DNA of 64,000 bases, taken from the NCBI GenBank assembly GCA_963555995.3, contig OY821641.1:1728001-1792000 (forward strand), written 5' to 3'. The notes beneath the pieces are model-generated. The model was not told where the DNA came from, ran no database searches, and worked only from the letters and a program-made list of their open reading frames with translations. The stretch is from Vicinamibacteria bacterium (GTDB lineage Bacteria > Acidobacteriota > Vicinamibacteria > Marinacidobacterales > Marinacidobacteraceae). The position numbers and the translations under genes are program-made. This document shows, in pieces, positions 10,337-24,463 of the stretch. How positions within the stretch are numbered: the stretch's first letter is position 1; the number at the start of each line of letters is the position of its first letter.

Positions 10337-10932
10337 TGCCAGCAGTGCCCCTTCTCCGCCGGGTCCTGCGGTTCGCGCGGACCGCGGCCATCGCCGCGGC
10401 GGTCGCCTGGGTGGTCATGGCGCACGGCGCGCAGGTCTACCGGATCCAGGGGTCGAGCATGGCGCCGACGCTCCGCTCCGGAGAACGGGTGCTGGTCAAC
10501 AAGGTGGGGATGCGTCTCGCTGCCATCCGCCGCGACGACGTGGTGCTGTTCCGGGACCCGTCGAACGAGGACACCGTCATGGTGAAGCGCGTGGTCGGCG
10601 TTCCGGGGGACACGGTCCGTTTCCGGGGCAACGAGGTGCAGGTGCTCCCCGGGTACGGGGCGAGCCGTCCGCTCCACGAAGTGGTGACACCGGTGGCGAA
10701 CGCCGCGGGGGGCGGCGGTCCTCTCGGCGCCGGAGGCAGCGGTCCCGATGCCGCCGATGGGCCGGGCTCGGTCTCGATGACCCTCGGCGCGGGCGAGTAC
10801 TTCGTGCTCGGCGACAACCGGAGCGGCAGCAGCGACAGCCGTCACTGGGGCGCCGTGTCGAGGGACGCCATCCTCGGGGAGGCCGCGCTCCGCGTGTTCC
10901 CCTGGCGCCGGATCGGATTCGTGACCCCATGA
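10336..10932 (+). CDS. lepB: Signal peptidase I
   Basis: GSSMAPTL (catalytic Ser), VKRVVG (Lys), GDNR and SDSRHWG. Confidence 0.92.
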   Translation: MPAVPLLRRVLRFARTAAIAAAVAWVVMAHGAQVYRIQGSSMAPTLRSGERVLVNKVGMRLAAIRRDDVVLFRDPSNEDTVMVKRVVGVPGDTVRFRGNEVQVLPGYGASRPLHEVVTPVANAAGGGGPLGAGGSGPDAADGPGSVSMTLGAGEYFVLGDNRSGSSDSRHWGAVSRDAILGEAALRVFPWRRIGFVTP

Positions 10933-12539
10933 GCCCGGCGGGAACCCCGGCGGAGACTCCCGCCCGTCCCCTGCGCACCCTCCCCGTCCGCCCGGGGACC
11001 TTCTTCGACGCCTGGACCCGCAGTCCCGAGCGTTTCGCCGAGCTGCTCCCGGACCCGTTCGCGGCGGATGCCTGCGCGCGCTTCGGGACCCCCCGGCCTC
11101 CCGACACCGCCCGGACGGCCGCCGCCAGCGTGATCGGGACGACGAACCGCGCCTGGGGCGCGGACCCGGCCGCCCTCGCTTCGGCGAAGCGGCTTGGCGG
11201 TCGGGACACCCTGGCGGTCGTCACCGGCCAGCAGCCCGGACTCTTCGGGGGCCCCCTCTATTCGCTCATCAAGGCGATGTCCACGGCCGCCGCCGCCCGC
11301 GACCTCGAGGCGCGCACCGGCCAGCCCGTGGTCCCGGTCTTCTGGATCGAGGGCGACGACCACGACTTCGAGGAGATCCGCAACGCCTGGTTGCTGGACC
11401 GGGCGGGTTCCCCTCACCCGCTCCGTTACGTGCCGGAGGACGAACACGTCGGGCTGCCGGCGTTCCGGCGGGTCCTGGACGACTCGGTTCTCGACCTGCA
11501 CGGACAGTTGCCGGAGGTCCTTCCCGAAACGGAATACACCGGCGATCTCCTGTCCGCTGTCCGGGACGCCTACGCGCCCGGGCGGGCGCTTTCGGAAGCG
11601 TTCGGCCGGCTGCTCCTCCACCTCTCGCGGGGTTCGGGGCTCGTGGTGATGGACCCCACCAGCCCGGCCCTGAAGCGGCTCGCCTTCCCGGTGTACGAGA
11701 CCGCGGTCCGGCACGAAGCCGAGGGCCGCCGCCGGATCACCGCCCGCACCCGGGAGATCGAGGCGTTCGGGTTCGAGGGGCAGGCAGCCCCCGAGGGATA
11801 CGGCGTCTTCTGCACGGGAACGACCGGAGTGCGGGCGCGGGTCCGGACCGATGCCGGCGGCGAGCGTCCGGAAGCCGTCCTCGACGGCTGTGTCGAGCGC
11901 CTGAGCGCCGCCGTGCTGCTGCGGCCGCTGGTCCAGGACTTCCTGCTGCCGACCGCGATGTACGTCGGCGGACCGTCGGAGATCGCCTACCACGCCCAGA
12001 TGGGAGACCTCTACGGTCTCCACCGGATCCCGCGTCCCCTCGTGGTCCCCCGTCATCAGGTCGCCATCCTCACGAAGTCCCAGCTTCGGGTGCTGGACGA
12101 GGACGGCATCGGGTTCGATGAACTCTCGGCCGGCGACGAGGCGGCCCTCAACCGGCGCGCCGCCGATCCCGCCGCCCGGACGGCCTTCGCGAAGGCCAAC
12201 GAGGCCGTGGACTCCTCGCTCGCGGACGTCGAGCAGGCCGCCGGCGCGGTGGACCGGAGCCTGACGGCGGCGGCCCGGCGCGCCCGGGGCAAGATGCACG
12301 CGATCCTCTCCGATCTCGAAGCCAAGAGCGTCCGCGCCGCAAAGCGCCGCGACGAGGAACGCCGGCAGCGCTTCCTGCGCGCCCGGAACGCCCTCTTCCC
12401 CGGCGGCGCGCCGCAGGAGCGCCGGCTCAGCCCGCTCGTCTTCGCCAACCGCTACGGGCCACACTTCGGCGCGTGGCTGCTCGCCGCGCTCGAAGACCCC
12501 GCCGCCGACCGGCGGGCCCGGAACCTGCTGGTCCGCTGA
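10929..12539 (+). CDS. bshC: Bacillithiol biosynthesis cysteine-adding enzyme
   Basis: VTGQQPGLFGGPLY, PVFWIEGDDHD, LRPLVQD, GGPSEIAY and PQER; ATGA coupling to lepB. Confidence 0.88.
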   Translation: MSPAGTPAETPARPLRTLPVRPGTFFDAWTRSPERFAELLPDPFAADACARFGTPRPPDTARTAAASVIGTTNRAWGADPAALASAKRLGGRDTLAVVTGQQPGLFGGPLYSLIKAMSTAAAARDLEARTGQPVVPVFWIEGDDHDFEEIRNAWLLDRAGSPHPLRYVPEDEHVGLPAFRRVLDDSVLDLHGQLPEVLPETEYTGDLLSAVRDAYAPGRALSEAFGRLLLHLSRGSGLVVMDPTSPALKRLAFPVYETAVRHEAEGRRRITARTREIEAFGFEGQAAPEGYGVFCTGTTGVRARVRTDAGGERPEAVLDGCVERLSAAVLLRPLVQDFLLPTAMYVGGPSEIAYHAQMGDLYGLHRIPRPLVVPRHQVAILTKSQLRVLDEDGIGFDELSAGDEAALNRRAADPAARTAFAKANEAVDSSLADVEQAAGAVDRSLTAAARRARGKMHAILSDLEAKSVRAAKRRDEERRQRFLRARNALFPGGAPQERRLSPLVFANRYGPHFGAWLLAALEDPAADRRARNLLVR

Positions 12540-13532
12540 TCAGCGTTCTTCCGGGGGCCGCTCGGGGAAGAAGCAGACGACAGGTCCGGCCCGCGCCTCG
12601 GCGACGGCGGTCGCCCCGCCGCTGACGAACCCGGGCGGGTCCACGTCCACGTCCGTGTTGCCGGGCGGCCGCGAATACATCGCCTGGGCGTGGAAGATGT
12701 CCCACTCGGTGAAGTGCGGCGGCTCGAGTTCCCCGGAGTACCACATGTGGGAAGGCCGCAGGCCGCCGAGCGGGTGGTAGAGCCCCATCACGTGCCCGAT
12801 CTCGTGGTGCACCGCCCAGGTCTCGGGGAGGTGCCGGAAGACCACCACGTTGGCGTCGCCGCCGACCCGGTAGGCGAACGCGTCCGCCGTCTCCGCGTAC
12901 TCGGACACCTCGGCCGTGTTCCAGCGGAGGATCACCGTTCCCGGCGTCATGTCCGCGGGCGGGTCCCGCGTCACCTCGATCCGCTCGCCCCGGTAGCGTC
13001 CGGCGCTGAGCAGCGGCACCGTGACCCGGATGGCCTCCCGCACGAAGTCAATGGTCTCGGCCGGAATCTCGGCGCCGGTCGTGGGTTCCGGGCGGGCGTC
13101 AATGACGAAGGTCGGCTCGGAGTCCCAGGGGATGAGCGGCTCCAGTTCGCCGCCCCCCGCCCCGTTCCGGACGAGCTCCCGGTAGAAGTCGAGGGTCCAG
13201 GGCCCTCCCGCCGGGATGACGTCGAGTTCCAGGGCCCCGTTCGGCGCCCGGATGGTGGTGGTGCGCTCGACGATGCCGGGCCCGGACACCGTGATCCGGT
13301 GTTCCCCGGCGGGGAGATCGAGCGCGAAGGACCCGTCGGCGCCGGAGCGCGCCGTCATCCCGCCGGCGCTCAGCGCCGCCCCCGCCACCGGGCCGCCTTC
13401 GACCGTCCTGGTAAGGGTCCCGCGCACGCTCGCGGCGGCCGGAGGCGTCGCGGGCGTGGTGGGCGCGACGGGCTCTCCTCCGCCGCACGCACCGAGGACC
13501 AGGCCGCAGGCAGCGAGCCGGCCGGCCTTCAT
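12540..13532 (-). CDS. Lipoprotein with carboxypeptidase-regulatory-like domain and metzincin Zn-protease domain
   Basis: Lipobox LGAC, Pro/Thr linker, HEIGHVMGLYH (HExxHxxGxxH) and a downstream SHM Met-turn. Confidence 0.75.
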   Translation of the reverse strand: MKAGRLAACGLVLGACGGGEPVAPTTPATPPAAASVRGTLTRTVEGGPVAGAALSAGGMTARSGADGSFALDLPAGEHRITVSGPGIVERTTTIRAPNGALELDVIPAGGPWTLDFYRELVRNGAGGGELEPLIPWDSEPTFVIDARPEPTTGAEIPAETIDFVREAIRVTVPLLSAGRYRGERIEVTRDPPADMTPGTVILRWNTAEVSEYAETADAFAYRVGGDANVVVFRHLPETWAVHHEIGHVMGLYHPLGGLRPSHMWYSGELEPPHFTEWDIFHAQAMYSRPPGNTDVDVDPPGFVSGGATAVAEARAGPVVCFFPERPPEER

Positions 13533-14740
13533 TCGTTCCGCGCGGCGATTTCCCCGGTGGTGGCCGCGGTGAAGATCGCGTTGGAGATCTGACCGGTCAG
13601 GTTCCCGCTCGTCCGGAGGTGGTCGAGCGGACGCTCGACGGCCAGCACCAGCGCCGACAGCGTGACCGGCAGCCCCAGCGCGCCGAGCAGGATCGTGAGG
13701 TTCACGAAGCTCGCCGCCGGCACGCCCGAGACCGCGAGGGAACTCAGGATCGCGGTCACCCAGAGGAGGCCGAGTTCGCCCAGGTCCAGCGGGCGCCCCA
13801 CGAGCTGGGCGATCGCCACCACCGACACCACCTGGTAGATCCCGCTGGAGTCACGGCCGGCCGCCGCGCCCAGCGGCAACACGAAGCCGGCGACTTTTTC
13901 GGAGATTCCGGTCTCGCGCGGAACCGCCGCCATGGAAACCGGAAGCGCCGCCGCCGTCGAGACCGAGGCGAAAGCGATGGGCAGCGGTTCGCGCAACGCC
14001 CGGACCAGCGTGCCGAAGGGCTGGCGCGCCCACAGCCGCAACAGCATCGCGTGAACGCCGCCGACGTGCACGAGGGTGGCGATGAGGCAGACCGTGGCGT
14101 ACCAGGCCAGCGTTCCCAGAATGTCGAGACCGGACTGACCCACCACCGCCGCCAGAATCGCGAACACCCCGGCCGGCGCCAGCCGCACCACCCAGTGGAC
14201 GACCCGGTAGAGGACGTCGTTCACCGCCTGCAGCACGTCAATCAGCGGTTTCACCCGGTCGCTGCCGAGCGCGTTCACGGCGACGCCGAACAGGATCGCG
14301 AGGAAGAGGACCTGGAGGACCTCGGCTTCGGCGAACGCCCCCACGACGTTCGTCGGGACGATGCCCACCAGGATGTCCATGATGGACCGCGCCTGCCCGG
14401 CGCCCGCGCCGGCCGCCGGGTCCGTACCGCCGAGCGCCGAAATGTCCACCCCCCGCCCGGGCCCGAGCCACACCGCAATCCCGATGCCGAGCGCCAGCGC
14501 CACCGACAGAGTGCTCAGGTTGTAGACGATCGCCCGAACGCCGATCCTGCCCGCGCCCTTGCCTCCGGTCCGCGTGAGCGCAAGCGCCAGCGTGACGAAG
14601 ATCAGGGGCGCGATGATCATGCGGAGCAGCCGCACGAACAGGTCGGCGATCGGCTGCAGCACGATCGCTGACTCCCCGAAAAGCATCCCGACGAGCACGC
14701 CACCCACCGCTCCCACGACGACCTGAACGTGAAGCGGCAT
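13529..14740 (-). CDS. Dicarboxylate/amino acid:cation symporter (DAACS, GltP family)
   Basis: FVRLLRMIIAPLIF, VLQVLF, AFASVSTAAALP, FVLPLG and DHLRTSGN; multiple TM helices. Confidence 0.88.
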   Translation of the reverse strand: MPLHVQVVVGAVGGVLVGMLFGESAIVLQPIADLFVRLLRMIIAPLIFVTLALALTRTGGKGAGRIGVRAIVYNLSTLSVALALGIGIAVWLGPGRGVDISALGGTDPAAGAGAGQARSIMDILVGIVPTNVVGAFAEAEVLQVLFLAILFGVAVNALGSDRVKPLIDVLQAVNDVLYRVVHWVVRLAPAGVFAILAAVVGQSGLDILGTLAWYATVCLIATLVHVGGVHAMLLRLWARQPFGTLVRALREPLPIAFASVSTAAALPVSMAAVPRETGISEKVAGFVLPLGAAAGRDSSGIYQVVSVVAIAQLVGRPLDLGELGLLWVTAILSSLAVSGVPAASFVNLTILLGALGLPVTLSALVLAVERPLDHLRTSGNLTGQISNAIFTAATTGEIAARNE

Positions 14741-14831
14741 TGGCGGAGTCCTCCGATCCGGTTTGGCCCCCGATGGTACGGCAGTCCCGCCCGCGTCGGA
14801 GCGCCGGCCTCCGGAAAGTGGCGGAAGCGCC

Positions 14832-14996
14832 TGGGACCGCCGCTCTTCAGAGCGGCACAGCGGGCCGAGGGCCCGCGGATGTCGTGTCGCTGCCTGTGGT
14901 GATGAACCGGCAGCAGGGCGCCGCCACGCCGCCCCGCGTCGTGCCGTGCGCTGCGCAGTTGCGCAGCGCGTGCCGGTCTGAAGACCGGCGCTCCCA
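14832..14996. repeat. REP-like inverted doublet (family B), copy 2
   Basis: TGGGACCGCCGCTCTTCAGAGCGGCAC ... GTGCCGGTCTGAAGACCGGCGCTCCCA; interior similar to copies 3 and 4. Confidence 0.85.
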
Positions 14997-15032
14997 GGCG
15001 GGCGCTCCGAGGCTCCTAGACTTCCGGTCGCG

Positions 15033-18680
<3,648 letters not shown>

Positions 18681-18707
18681 CTTGCCGGCAGGGTGGCGCC
18701 GGAGGGG

Positions 18708-19076
18708 TCAACTGTTCGGGATGCGGTACTTCTCGACCGGGGCGCCCTCGATGAGATGCTGCTGGATGACCTCCTCGAGCGCGTCCGGCGTCATGCCGGA
18801 ATACCAGACACCCTCGGGGTACACCACCGCGATGGGACCCTCGGCGCAGACCCGGAGACAGTTCGCCTTGCTGCGGGCGATCTGCCCGCCGGCCGGGCCG
18901 TTCGCGAGGCCCAGCTCCTCCAGCCGCCGTTTCAGGTAGAGCCAGCTCTCGCAGCCGACGGCCGGCTCGCAGCACTTGGGCTTGTCGGCGTCGGCGCAGA
19001 GGAAGATGTGGCGCTCGACCCTCGCGAGTTCCAGCGACTTCGCCTTCTCGGCGGCGGCGCCGGCGGCGTCGGCCAA
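18708..19076 (-). CDS. Thioredoxin-like [2Fe-2S] ferredoxin
   Basis: HIFLC...KCC...ANCLRVCAEGPIAVVYPEGVWY; start uncertain (TTG at 19076). Confidence 0.85.
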   Translation of the reverse strand: MADAAGAAAEKAKSLELARVERHIFLCADADKPKCCEPAVGCESWLYLKRRLEELGLANGPAGGQIARSKANCLRVCAEGPIAVVYPEGVWYSGMTPDALEEVIQQHLIEGAPVEKYRIPNS

Positions 19077-19084
19077 GTTGCGCG

Positions 19085-19726
19085 TCAGCCCGACAGGCCC
19101 GCCGGGCACGCGACGCCGGTGCCCCCGATGCCGCAGTAGCCGTCCGGGTTCTTCGCCAGGTACTGCTGGTGGTAGTCCTCGGCGTAGTAGAAGACGGGCG
19201 CCTCGCGGATCTCGGTGGTGACCGCCCCGTATCCCGCCGTCCGGAGCCGTTCGGCATAGGCGTCGCGGCTCCTGAGCGCGGCATCGCGCTGTCCGCGCCC
19301 CACCGGGTAGATCGCCGACCGGTACTGGGTCCCCACGTCGTTGCCCTGACGCATTCCCTGGGTCGGATCGTGGTTCTCCCAGAAGATCCGCAAGAGCCCC
19401 TCGTAGGTCACCGCGGCGGGGTCGAAGACCACGCGGACGACCTCGGCGTGGCCGGTGCGGCCGGTACAGACCTCGCGGTAGTTCGGGTTGGGCGTGAGGC
19501 CCCCGGCGTATCCCACCGCGCTCGTGTACACCCCGGCCGCCTTCCAGAAGAGCCGCTCGGCGCCCCAGAAACATCCCATCCCGAAGCGCGCCTCCTCCAG
19601 GCCCTCCGGCCAGGGCGGGGCCAGCGGCGTCTTCAGTACGAAGTGCCGTTCCGGAACCCGCATGAGGTCCCCGCGCCCCGCCAGGGCGCTTTCGGATGTT
19701 GGAAGCACGGGCTCGAGGAATCGCAT
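19085..19726 (-). CDS. msrA: Peptide methionine sulfoxide reductase A
   Basis: GCFWGAE, GHAEVV, HDPTQ, QYRS and AEDYHQQY. Confidence 0.96.
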   Translation of the reverse strand: MRFLEPVLPTSESALAGRGDLMRVPERHFVLKTPLAPPWPEGLEEARFGMGCFWGAERLFWKAAGVYTSAVGYAGGLTPNPNYREVCTGRTGHAEVVRVVFDPAAVTYEGLLRIFWENHDPTQGMRQGNDVGTQYRSAIYPVGRGQRDAALRSRDAYAERLRTAGYGAVTTEIREAPVFYYAEDYHQQYLAKNPDGYCGIGGTGVACPAGLSG

Positions 19727-19816
19727 GACCGACCGGCCGGAAGTCTATCCAGCAGCCACCGTAAGCAGCCCGGTGGTCAACGTGGCTGGTCCACCGTCGT
19801 GACGGCGTCGCCGGCC

Positions 19817-19979
19817 GGGAGCGCCGGTCTTCAGACCGGCACAGTGGGCCGAAGGCCCACGGATGTCGTGTCGCTGTCTGCGGTGATGGACCGGGAGCAG
19901 AGCGCCACTGTGCCGGCGAGCGCCGTGCCTTGCGCTGCGCTATCGCGCAGCGCGTGCCGGTCTGAAGACCGGCGCTCCC
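19817..19979. repeat. REP-like inverted doublet (family B), copy 3
   Basis: GGGAGCGCCGGTCTTCAGACCGGCAC ... GTGCCGGTCTGAAGACCGGCGCTCCC. Confidence 0.85.
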
Positions 19980-20009
19980 AACCGTTGGCTCCGTATACTC
20001 GCCGCCCCG

Positions 20010-21383
20010 GTGACGAACGACCTGTCAGCAGTCCTCGAGCGGGCGCGGCGGCTCGTGGAGTCCGGCGAGACCACGCCCCGGAGGTTCCGGAGCGAAGCGC
20101 TCGCGGCGCTGGCGGCGGTCCTGCGGGACCACCGCGACACCTGGGAAGACGCGCTCCGGGCGGATCTCGGAGCCCCCGCGTTCGAGACCTGGGCCACCCA
20201 GACCGGCCTCGTCCTCGCCGAGATCCGCCACGCCCGGCGTCACCTCCGGCGCTGGATGCGTCCCCGCCGGGTCGGCACGCCGCTCGCCGTCATGCCGGCG
20301 CGGAGCCGCATCGAGCCGGCCCCCGCCGGCGTCGTGCTGGTGATCGCTCCCTGGAACTACCCGTTGCAGCTCTGCCTGGCCCCCGCCGCGGCGGCGATCG
20401 CCGCCGGCAACGCGGTGGTGATCAAACCCTCGGAGCACGCGCCCCGGACGGCGGGGAAGCTCGCGGAACTCGCGCCCGCCGCGCTGCCGCCGGGGCTCGT
20501 GCAGGTGGTCGAGGGGGGACCGGAGACGGCCCAGGCGCTCATCGGCGAGGGTTTCGACCACGTCCTGTTCACCGGCAGCCGGCGCGCCGGCGCCCGGGTG
20601 GCGGAGGCGGCGGGACGCCGGCTGACCCCCGTCACCCTCGAGCTCGGCGGCAAGTGCCCGGCGCTCGTGGACCGGAGCGCCGACCTGCGCGTCGCCGCCC
20701 GCCGCCTCGCGTGGGCGAAGTTCCTGAACGCGGGACAGACCTGCGTCGCCCCCGACTTCGTGCTGGTGCCCGAAGACCGGTACGACGAATTCTCGGAAAG
20801 GCTCGGCGAAAACCTCGACCGGTTCTACGGCGGCGCCCCCGCCGCGAGCCCGGACTACGGCCGGATCGTCCACGCGACCCACTTCCGGCGGCTGGAGCGG
20901 CTGCTGTCCGGCCTGCCCCTGCTCCAGGGCGGCGAGCGGGACCCGGAGCGGCTCCATTTCGGCCCCACCGTCACCGGGCCGTGGCCCGCCGGGCACCCGG
21001 CGCAGCGCGAGGAGATCTTCGGGCCCATCCTGCCGCTCCTCCCCTACCGGGACCTCGACGAGGCGCTCGCCGAGCTCGGCGAGCATCCCGACCCGCTGGC
21101 GCTCTATGTGTTCTCCCGGCGGCGCGAGCCCGTTCGCCGCGCCGCGGCCGTGCTCCGTTCCGGGGCGCTGGTCACGAACGACGCGGTCGTTCACTGCGCG
21201 AACCCCGCGCTCCCCTTCGGCGGCGTCGGCAGGAGCGGCCATGGCTCCTATCACGGGGTCCACGGCTTCGAGCTGCTCTCCCGGAAACGGGCGGTCCTGA
21301 ACGCCGCGACCTGGCTCGATCCCCCGGTGCGCTATCCCCCCTACCGGGGCAAGCTCGGGCTCCTGCGGCTGCTGCTCCGCTGA
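20010..21383 (+). CDS. Aldehyde dehydrogenase (ALDH3-like)
   Basis: PWNYP, KPSE, FTGS, LELGGK, GQTCVAP, EEIFGP and PFGGVG. Confidence 0.93.
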   Translation: MTNDLSAVLERARRLVESGETTPRRFRSEALAALAAVLRDHRDTWEDALRADLGAPAFETWATQTGLVLAEIRHARRHLRRWMRPRRVGTPLAVMPARSRIEPAPAGVVLVIAPWNYPLQLCLAPAAAAIAAGNAVVIKPSEHAPRTAGKLAELAPAALPPGLVQVVEGGPETAQALIGEGFDHVLFTGSRRAGARVAEAAGRRLTPVTLELGGKCPALVDRSADLRVAARRLAWAKFLNAGQTCVAPDFVLVPEDRYDEFSERLGENLDRFYGGAPAASPDYGRIVHATHFRRLERLLSGLPLLQGGERDPERLHFGPTVTGPWPAGHPAQREEIFGPILPLLPYRDLDEALAELGEHPDPLALYVFSRRREPVRRAAAVLRSGALVTNDAVVHCANPALPFGGVGRSGHGSYHGVHGFELLSRKRAVLNAATWLDPPVRYPPYRGKLGLLRLLLR

Positions 21384-24300
21384 TGCCGCACGCCGCGCAC
21401 GCCGGGGGGCTCCCGTTCCCCATGGATCCCCTGAGGCACCGGCCGCGGGTCGCCGTTCGGGAGGCCGAGGCCGCCGCCGGCGAAGTGTGGGGCCTGAAGG
21501 GGCGCGCCACCCCGCTCCCGGGCGAGCGCGACGCGAACTTTCTCCTCGAAGACGATTCGGGCGGCCGGTTCGTGCTCAAGATCAGCAGCGCCTCCGAGCG
21601 ACCCGAACGGCTCGGCCTGCAGCACGGCCTCATCGCGCGGGTCCGCGCGCGGGACCCGGCGCTGCGCCTCCCGGAGGCCGTTCCGACCTCCACCGGCGAG
21701 TCGCCGGCGTCGCGGGACTTCGGCGGCCGCGGGCACCGGGTGCGGCTCTTCCGCTACCTCGAGGGCTCGCCGCTCTCCGCCTTCCGGCGGCGTCCGCCCC
21801 CCCTGCTGGATTCCGTCGGCAGGCTGGCCGGCCGGGTGCAGCGCACCCTCGACGGTTTCGATCATCCCGAACTGGACGTCCACGAGATCCCCTGGGCGCC
21901 GGCCCACGCTCCCGCGGTCATCGCCGCGGCTTCGGGGGTCTTCCGTGAGGACGACGACTTGGGGACCTACCGGAGCGTCGCCGGCGCCGTGCGGGACCAC
22001 CTGCCGGAGCTTCTGGGCCTGCCGGCCGGCGCGCTCCACAACGACGCCAACGACGACAACCTCCTCCTCGCCGCGGGGACGCCCGAGACCGCGGAACCGG
22101 AGGACATGGCGCTCCTCGACTTCGGGGACGCCGTCCGGGGTCCGCTGGTCTGCGAGGCGGCGACGGCGGCCCTCTACACCGCCGCCGCCGCGTTCGCACC
22201 GCTGCCGGCCGCCGCGCGGGTGCTCGCCGGCTTCGCGGCTGAACGGCCGCTCAGCGAGCGGGAGGCGGACCTCTTCGGGGTCGCCTTTGCGGTCCGGGCG
22301 CTGGTGAGCGCCGGGGTCGCGGCCCTGCGCCGGACGCGGGTCGCCGGAGCGGCGGACGACGGGTACCTCATGGTGAGTCAGGCCGGGGTCTGGCGCGTCC
22401 TCCGGGCCATCGAGGCCGAACCGGCCGCGGTCACCGCGGGCCGGTTCCGGCTCGCCGCCGGGTTCTCTCCCCTGCCCCGACTGGCCGAGCGGCGCGCCGC
22501 CGTCCGGCGCGCCGCCGCGCGGGCCATCCCTCCGATCGCACCCGGAGAGGCTCCGGTGGCGCTGGACCTCTCGCCGGAGAGCCCGGCGGTGGATCCGGGC
22601 GCCGCCGCCGCATCCCTCCGCGCCGCCGTCACGGCCGCCACCGAGACGGCGGGCATTGCCGTCGGCCGGTATCTTGAACCCCGGGTCCCCGAGACGACGC
22701 CCCGGGACGGCCCCGAGGGCCCGCGGGCGGAGCCCGCCACCCTCCAGTTGGGGATCGAGATCTTCGCTCCGGCGGGGACACCGGTGCGGGCGGCGCTGGC
22801 CGGAGAGGTGGAATGGGCCGGGGACGGCTCGGGCGACTCCGTGAGCGGCGCTTCCGCGGGCATCCGCCACGCGTTCGACGGCGAGGTCTTCTGGACCTCC
22901 TACCGCCAGCTCGACCCCGGGTGCCTCAAGACAGTCGTTCCGGGGCGCCGCGTCGAGGCCGGAGACGTGCTGGGAACCGTCGCAGGGTCGCCTCGCCGTG
23001 GCGACCCGCCGCCCCACCTCCAGTTCCAGGTGCTCCTGAGCCGGTTGCGCGGCCGGCCGCCCCGACGGACCACCGCCGCCGACCTCCCGGTCCTTTCCGC
23101 CCTGAGCGCCGATCCGCTGGACTTCTTCGGCCTGGGACCCGAGGCCCGCGTTCCTCCCGAAGCCCGTGAGGAGCGCGGCGACCGTTTGCTCGAAACCCGC
23201 AGGCGGCGGTTCAGCAGCGCCCTCAGCATTTCCTACGACGTCCCCATCCGGGTGGTGCGCGGCCGGGGCGCCCGCCTCTACGACGACACCGGACGCGACT
23301 ACCTCGACATGGTGAACAACGTCGCGCACGTCGGGCACGCCCACCCGCGGGTCGCGGACGCCATCGCCCGCCAGGCCGCCCTCCTCAACACGAACACCCG
23401 CTACCTCTACCGCCAGCTCACCGACTACGCCGAACGCCTGGGGGGGACCTTCCCGGCGCCGCTGGAAGTGGTCTTTCTCACGAACTCCGGCAGCGAAGCG
23501 AACGACCTCGCGCTCCGCATCGCCCGCGCCCACCTGGGGCGGCGGGAGACCCTGGCGTTCGACGGCGGCTATCACGGCAACCTCACCTCCCTCATCGAGG
23601 TCAGCCCCTACAAGCTCGATGGCCGGGGAGGACGCCCGGGGCCGGCGTGGCTCCACCGGCTGCCGATGCCGGACGGGTACCGCGGCCGCTTCCGGGACGG
23701 GGAGCGGGACTTCCCGGCGTCCCTGATCGAGGACGCCGAGGCCCGGGTCCGGGTGGCGGGGCCGGCGACCCTGATCGGGGAGGCCATCCTGAGCTGCGGC
23801 GGCCAGATCGTGCCGCCTCCGGGCTACCTGGGAGCCCTCTACCGGGCCGTCCGGAGCGCCGGCGGCGTGATCGTAGCGGACGAGGTCCAGACCGGCTTCG
23901 GCCGGACCGGGCCGGCGCTGTGGGCCTTTCTCGCCGTGCAGGACGAGGGCGAACCGCTCCTTCCGGACATCGTCACGCTCGGGAAACCCGCCGGGAACGG
24001 ACATCCGCTCGGCGCGGTGGTGACCACCCGCGAACTCGCCCGGTCCTTCGAGACCGGGATGGAGTACTTCAACACCTTCGGCGGCAACCCGGTCTCCTGC
24101 GCCGCGGGACTCGCGGTCCTCGACGTGATCCGGGAGGAGCGGCTCGCCGAACACGCCGCGGCCGTGGGCGGGGAGCTGCTCGGCGGGCTCACGAGCCTCG
24201 CGAGCCGCTACCCTATCCTCGGCCAGGTTCGGGGGCGCGGACTCTTCCTCGGGTTCGAAATGGTCCGCGACCCGTCGAGCCGCGCGCCGGCTGGCGAGGA

Positions 24301-24463
24301 GGCCCGGCGGCTCGTGAACCGGCTCCGCGACTTCGGGGTCCTCAACAGCACCGACGGGCCGGACGCCAACGTCATCAAGCTCAAACCGCCCCTGCCCTTC
24401 TCCTCCGCCGACGCCGCCCGCTACCTCGAAGTCCTCGAAACCGTCCTGGAGGAGCAGTTCTGA
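21383..24463 (+). CDS. Fusion of APH-type kinase, degenerate M23-like domain and class III aminotransferase/phospho-lyase
   Basis: GERDANF, HNDAND and DFGD (kinase); APAGTPVRA (M23-like); [22 protein letters not shown] and FNTFGGNP (PLP enzyme). Confidence 0.88.
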   Translation: MPHAAHAGGLPFPMDPLRHRPRVAVREAEAAAGEVWGLKGRATPLPGERDANFLLEDDSGGRFVLKISSASERPERLGLQHGLIARVRARDPALRLPEAVPTSTGESPASRDFGGRGHRVRLFRYLEGSPLSAFRRRPPPLLDSVGRLAGRVQRTLDGFDHPELDVHEIPWAPAHAPAVIAAASGVFREDDDLGTYRSVAGAVRDHLPELLGLPAGALHNDANDDNLLLAAGTPETAEPEDMALLDFGDAVRGPLVCEAATAALYTAAAAFAPLPAAARVLAGFAAERPLSEREADLFGVAFAVRALVSAGVAALRRTRVAGAADDGYLMVSQAGVWRVLRAIEAEPAAVTAGRFRLAAGFSPLPRLAERRAAVRRAAARAIPPIAPGEAPVALDLSPESPAVDPGAAAASLRAAVTAATETAGIAVGRYLEPRVPETTPRDGPEGPRAEPATLQLGIEIFAPAGTPVRAALAGEVEWAGDGSGDSVSGASAGIRHAFDGEVFWTSYRQLDPGCLKTVVPGRRVEAGDVLGTVAGSPRRGDPPPHLQFQVLLSRLRGRPPRRTTAADLPVLSALSADPLDFFGLGPEARVPPEAREERGDRLLETRRRRFSSALSISYDVPIRVVRGRGARLYDDTGRDYLDMVNNVAHVGHAHPRVADAIARQAALLNTNTRYLYRQLTDYAERLGGTFPAPLEVVFLTNSGSEANDLALRIARAHLGRRETLAFDGGYHGNLTSLIEVSPYKLDGRGGRPGPAWLHRLPMPDGYRGRFRDGERDFPASLIEDAEARVRVAGPATLIGEAILSCGGQIVPPPGYLGALYRAVRSAGGVIVADEVQTGFGRTGPALWAFLAVQDEGEPLLPDIVTLGKPAGNGHPLGAVVTTRELARSFETGMEYFNTFGGNPVSCAAGLAVLDVIREERLAEHAAAVGGELLGGLTSLASRYPILGQVRGRGLFLGFEMVRDPSSRAPAGEEARRLVNRLRDFGVLNSTDGPDANVIKLKPPLPFSSADAARYLEVLETVLEEQF

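Noticed and set aside
19169-21382. N-terminal part of the 1764-aa ORF
   Set aside because: Overlaps msrA, a repeat and ALDH; the real gene starts at about 21383.
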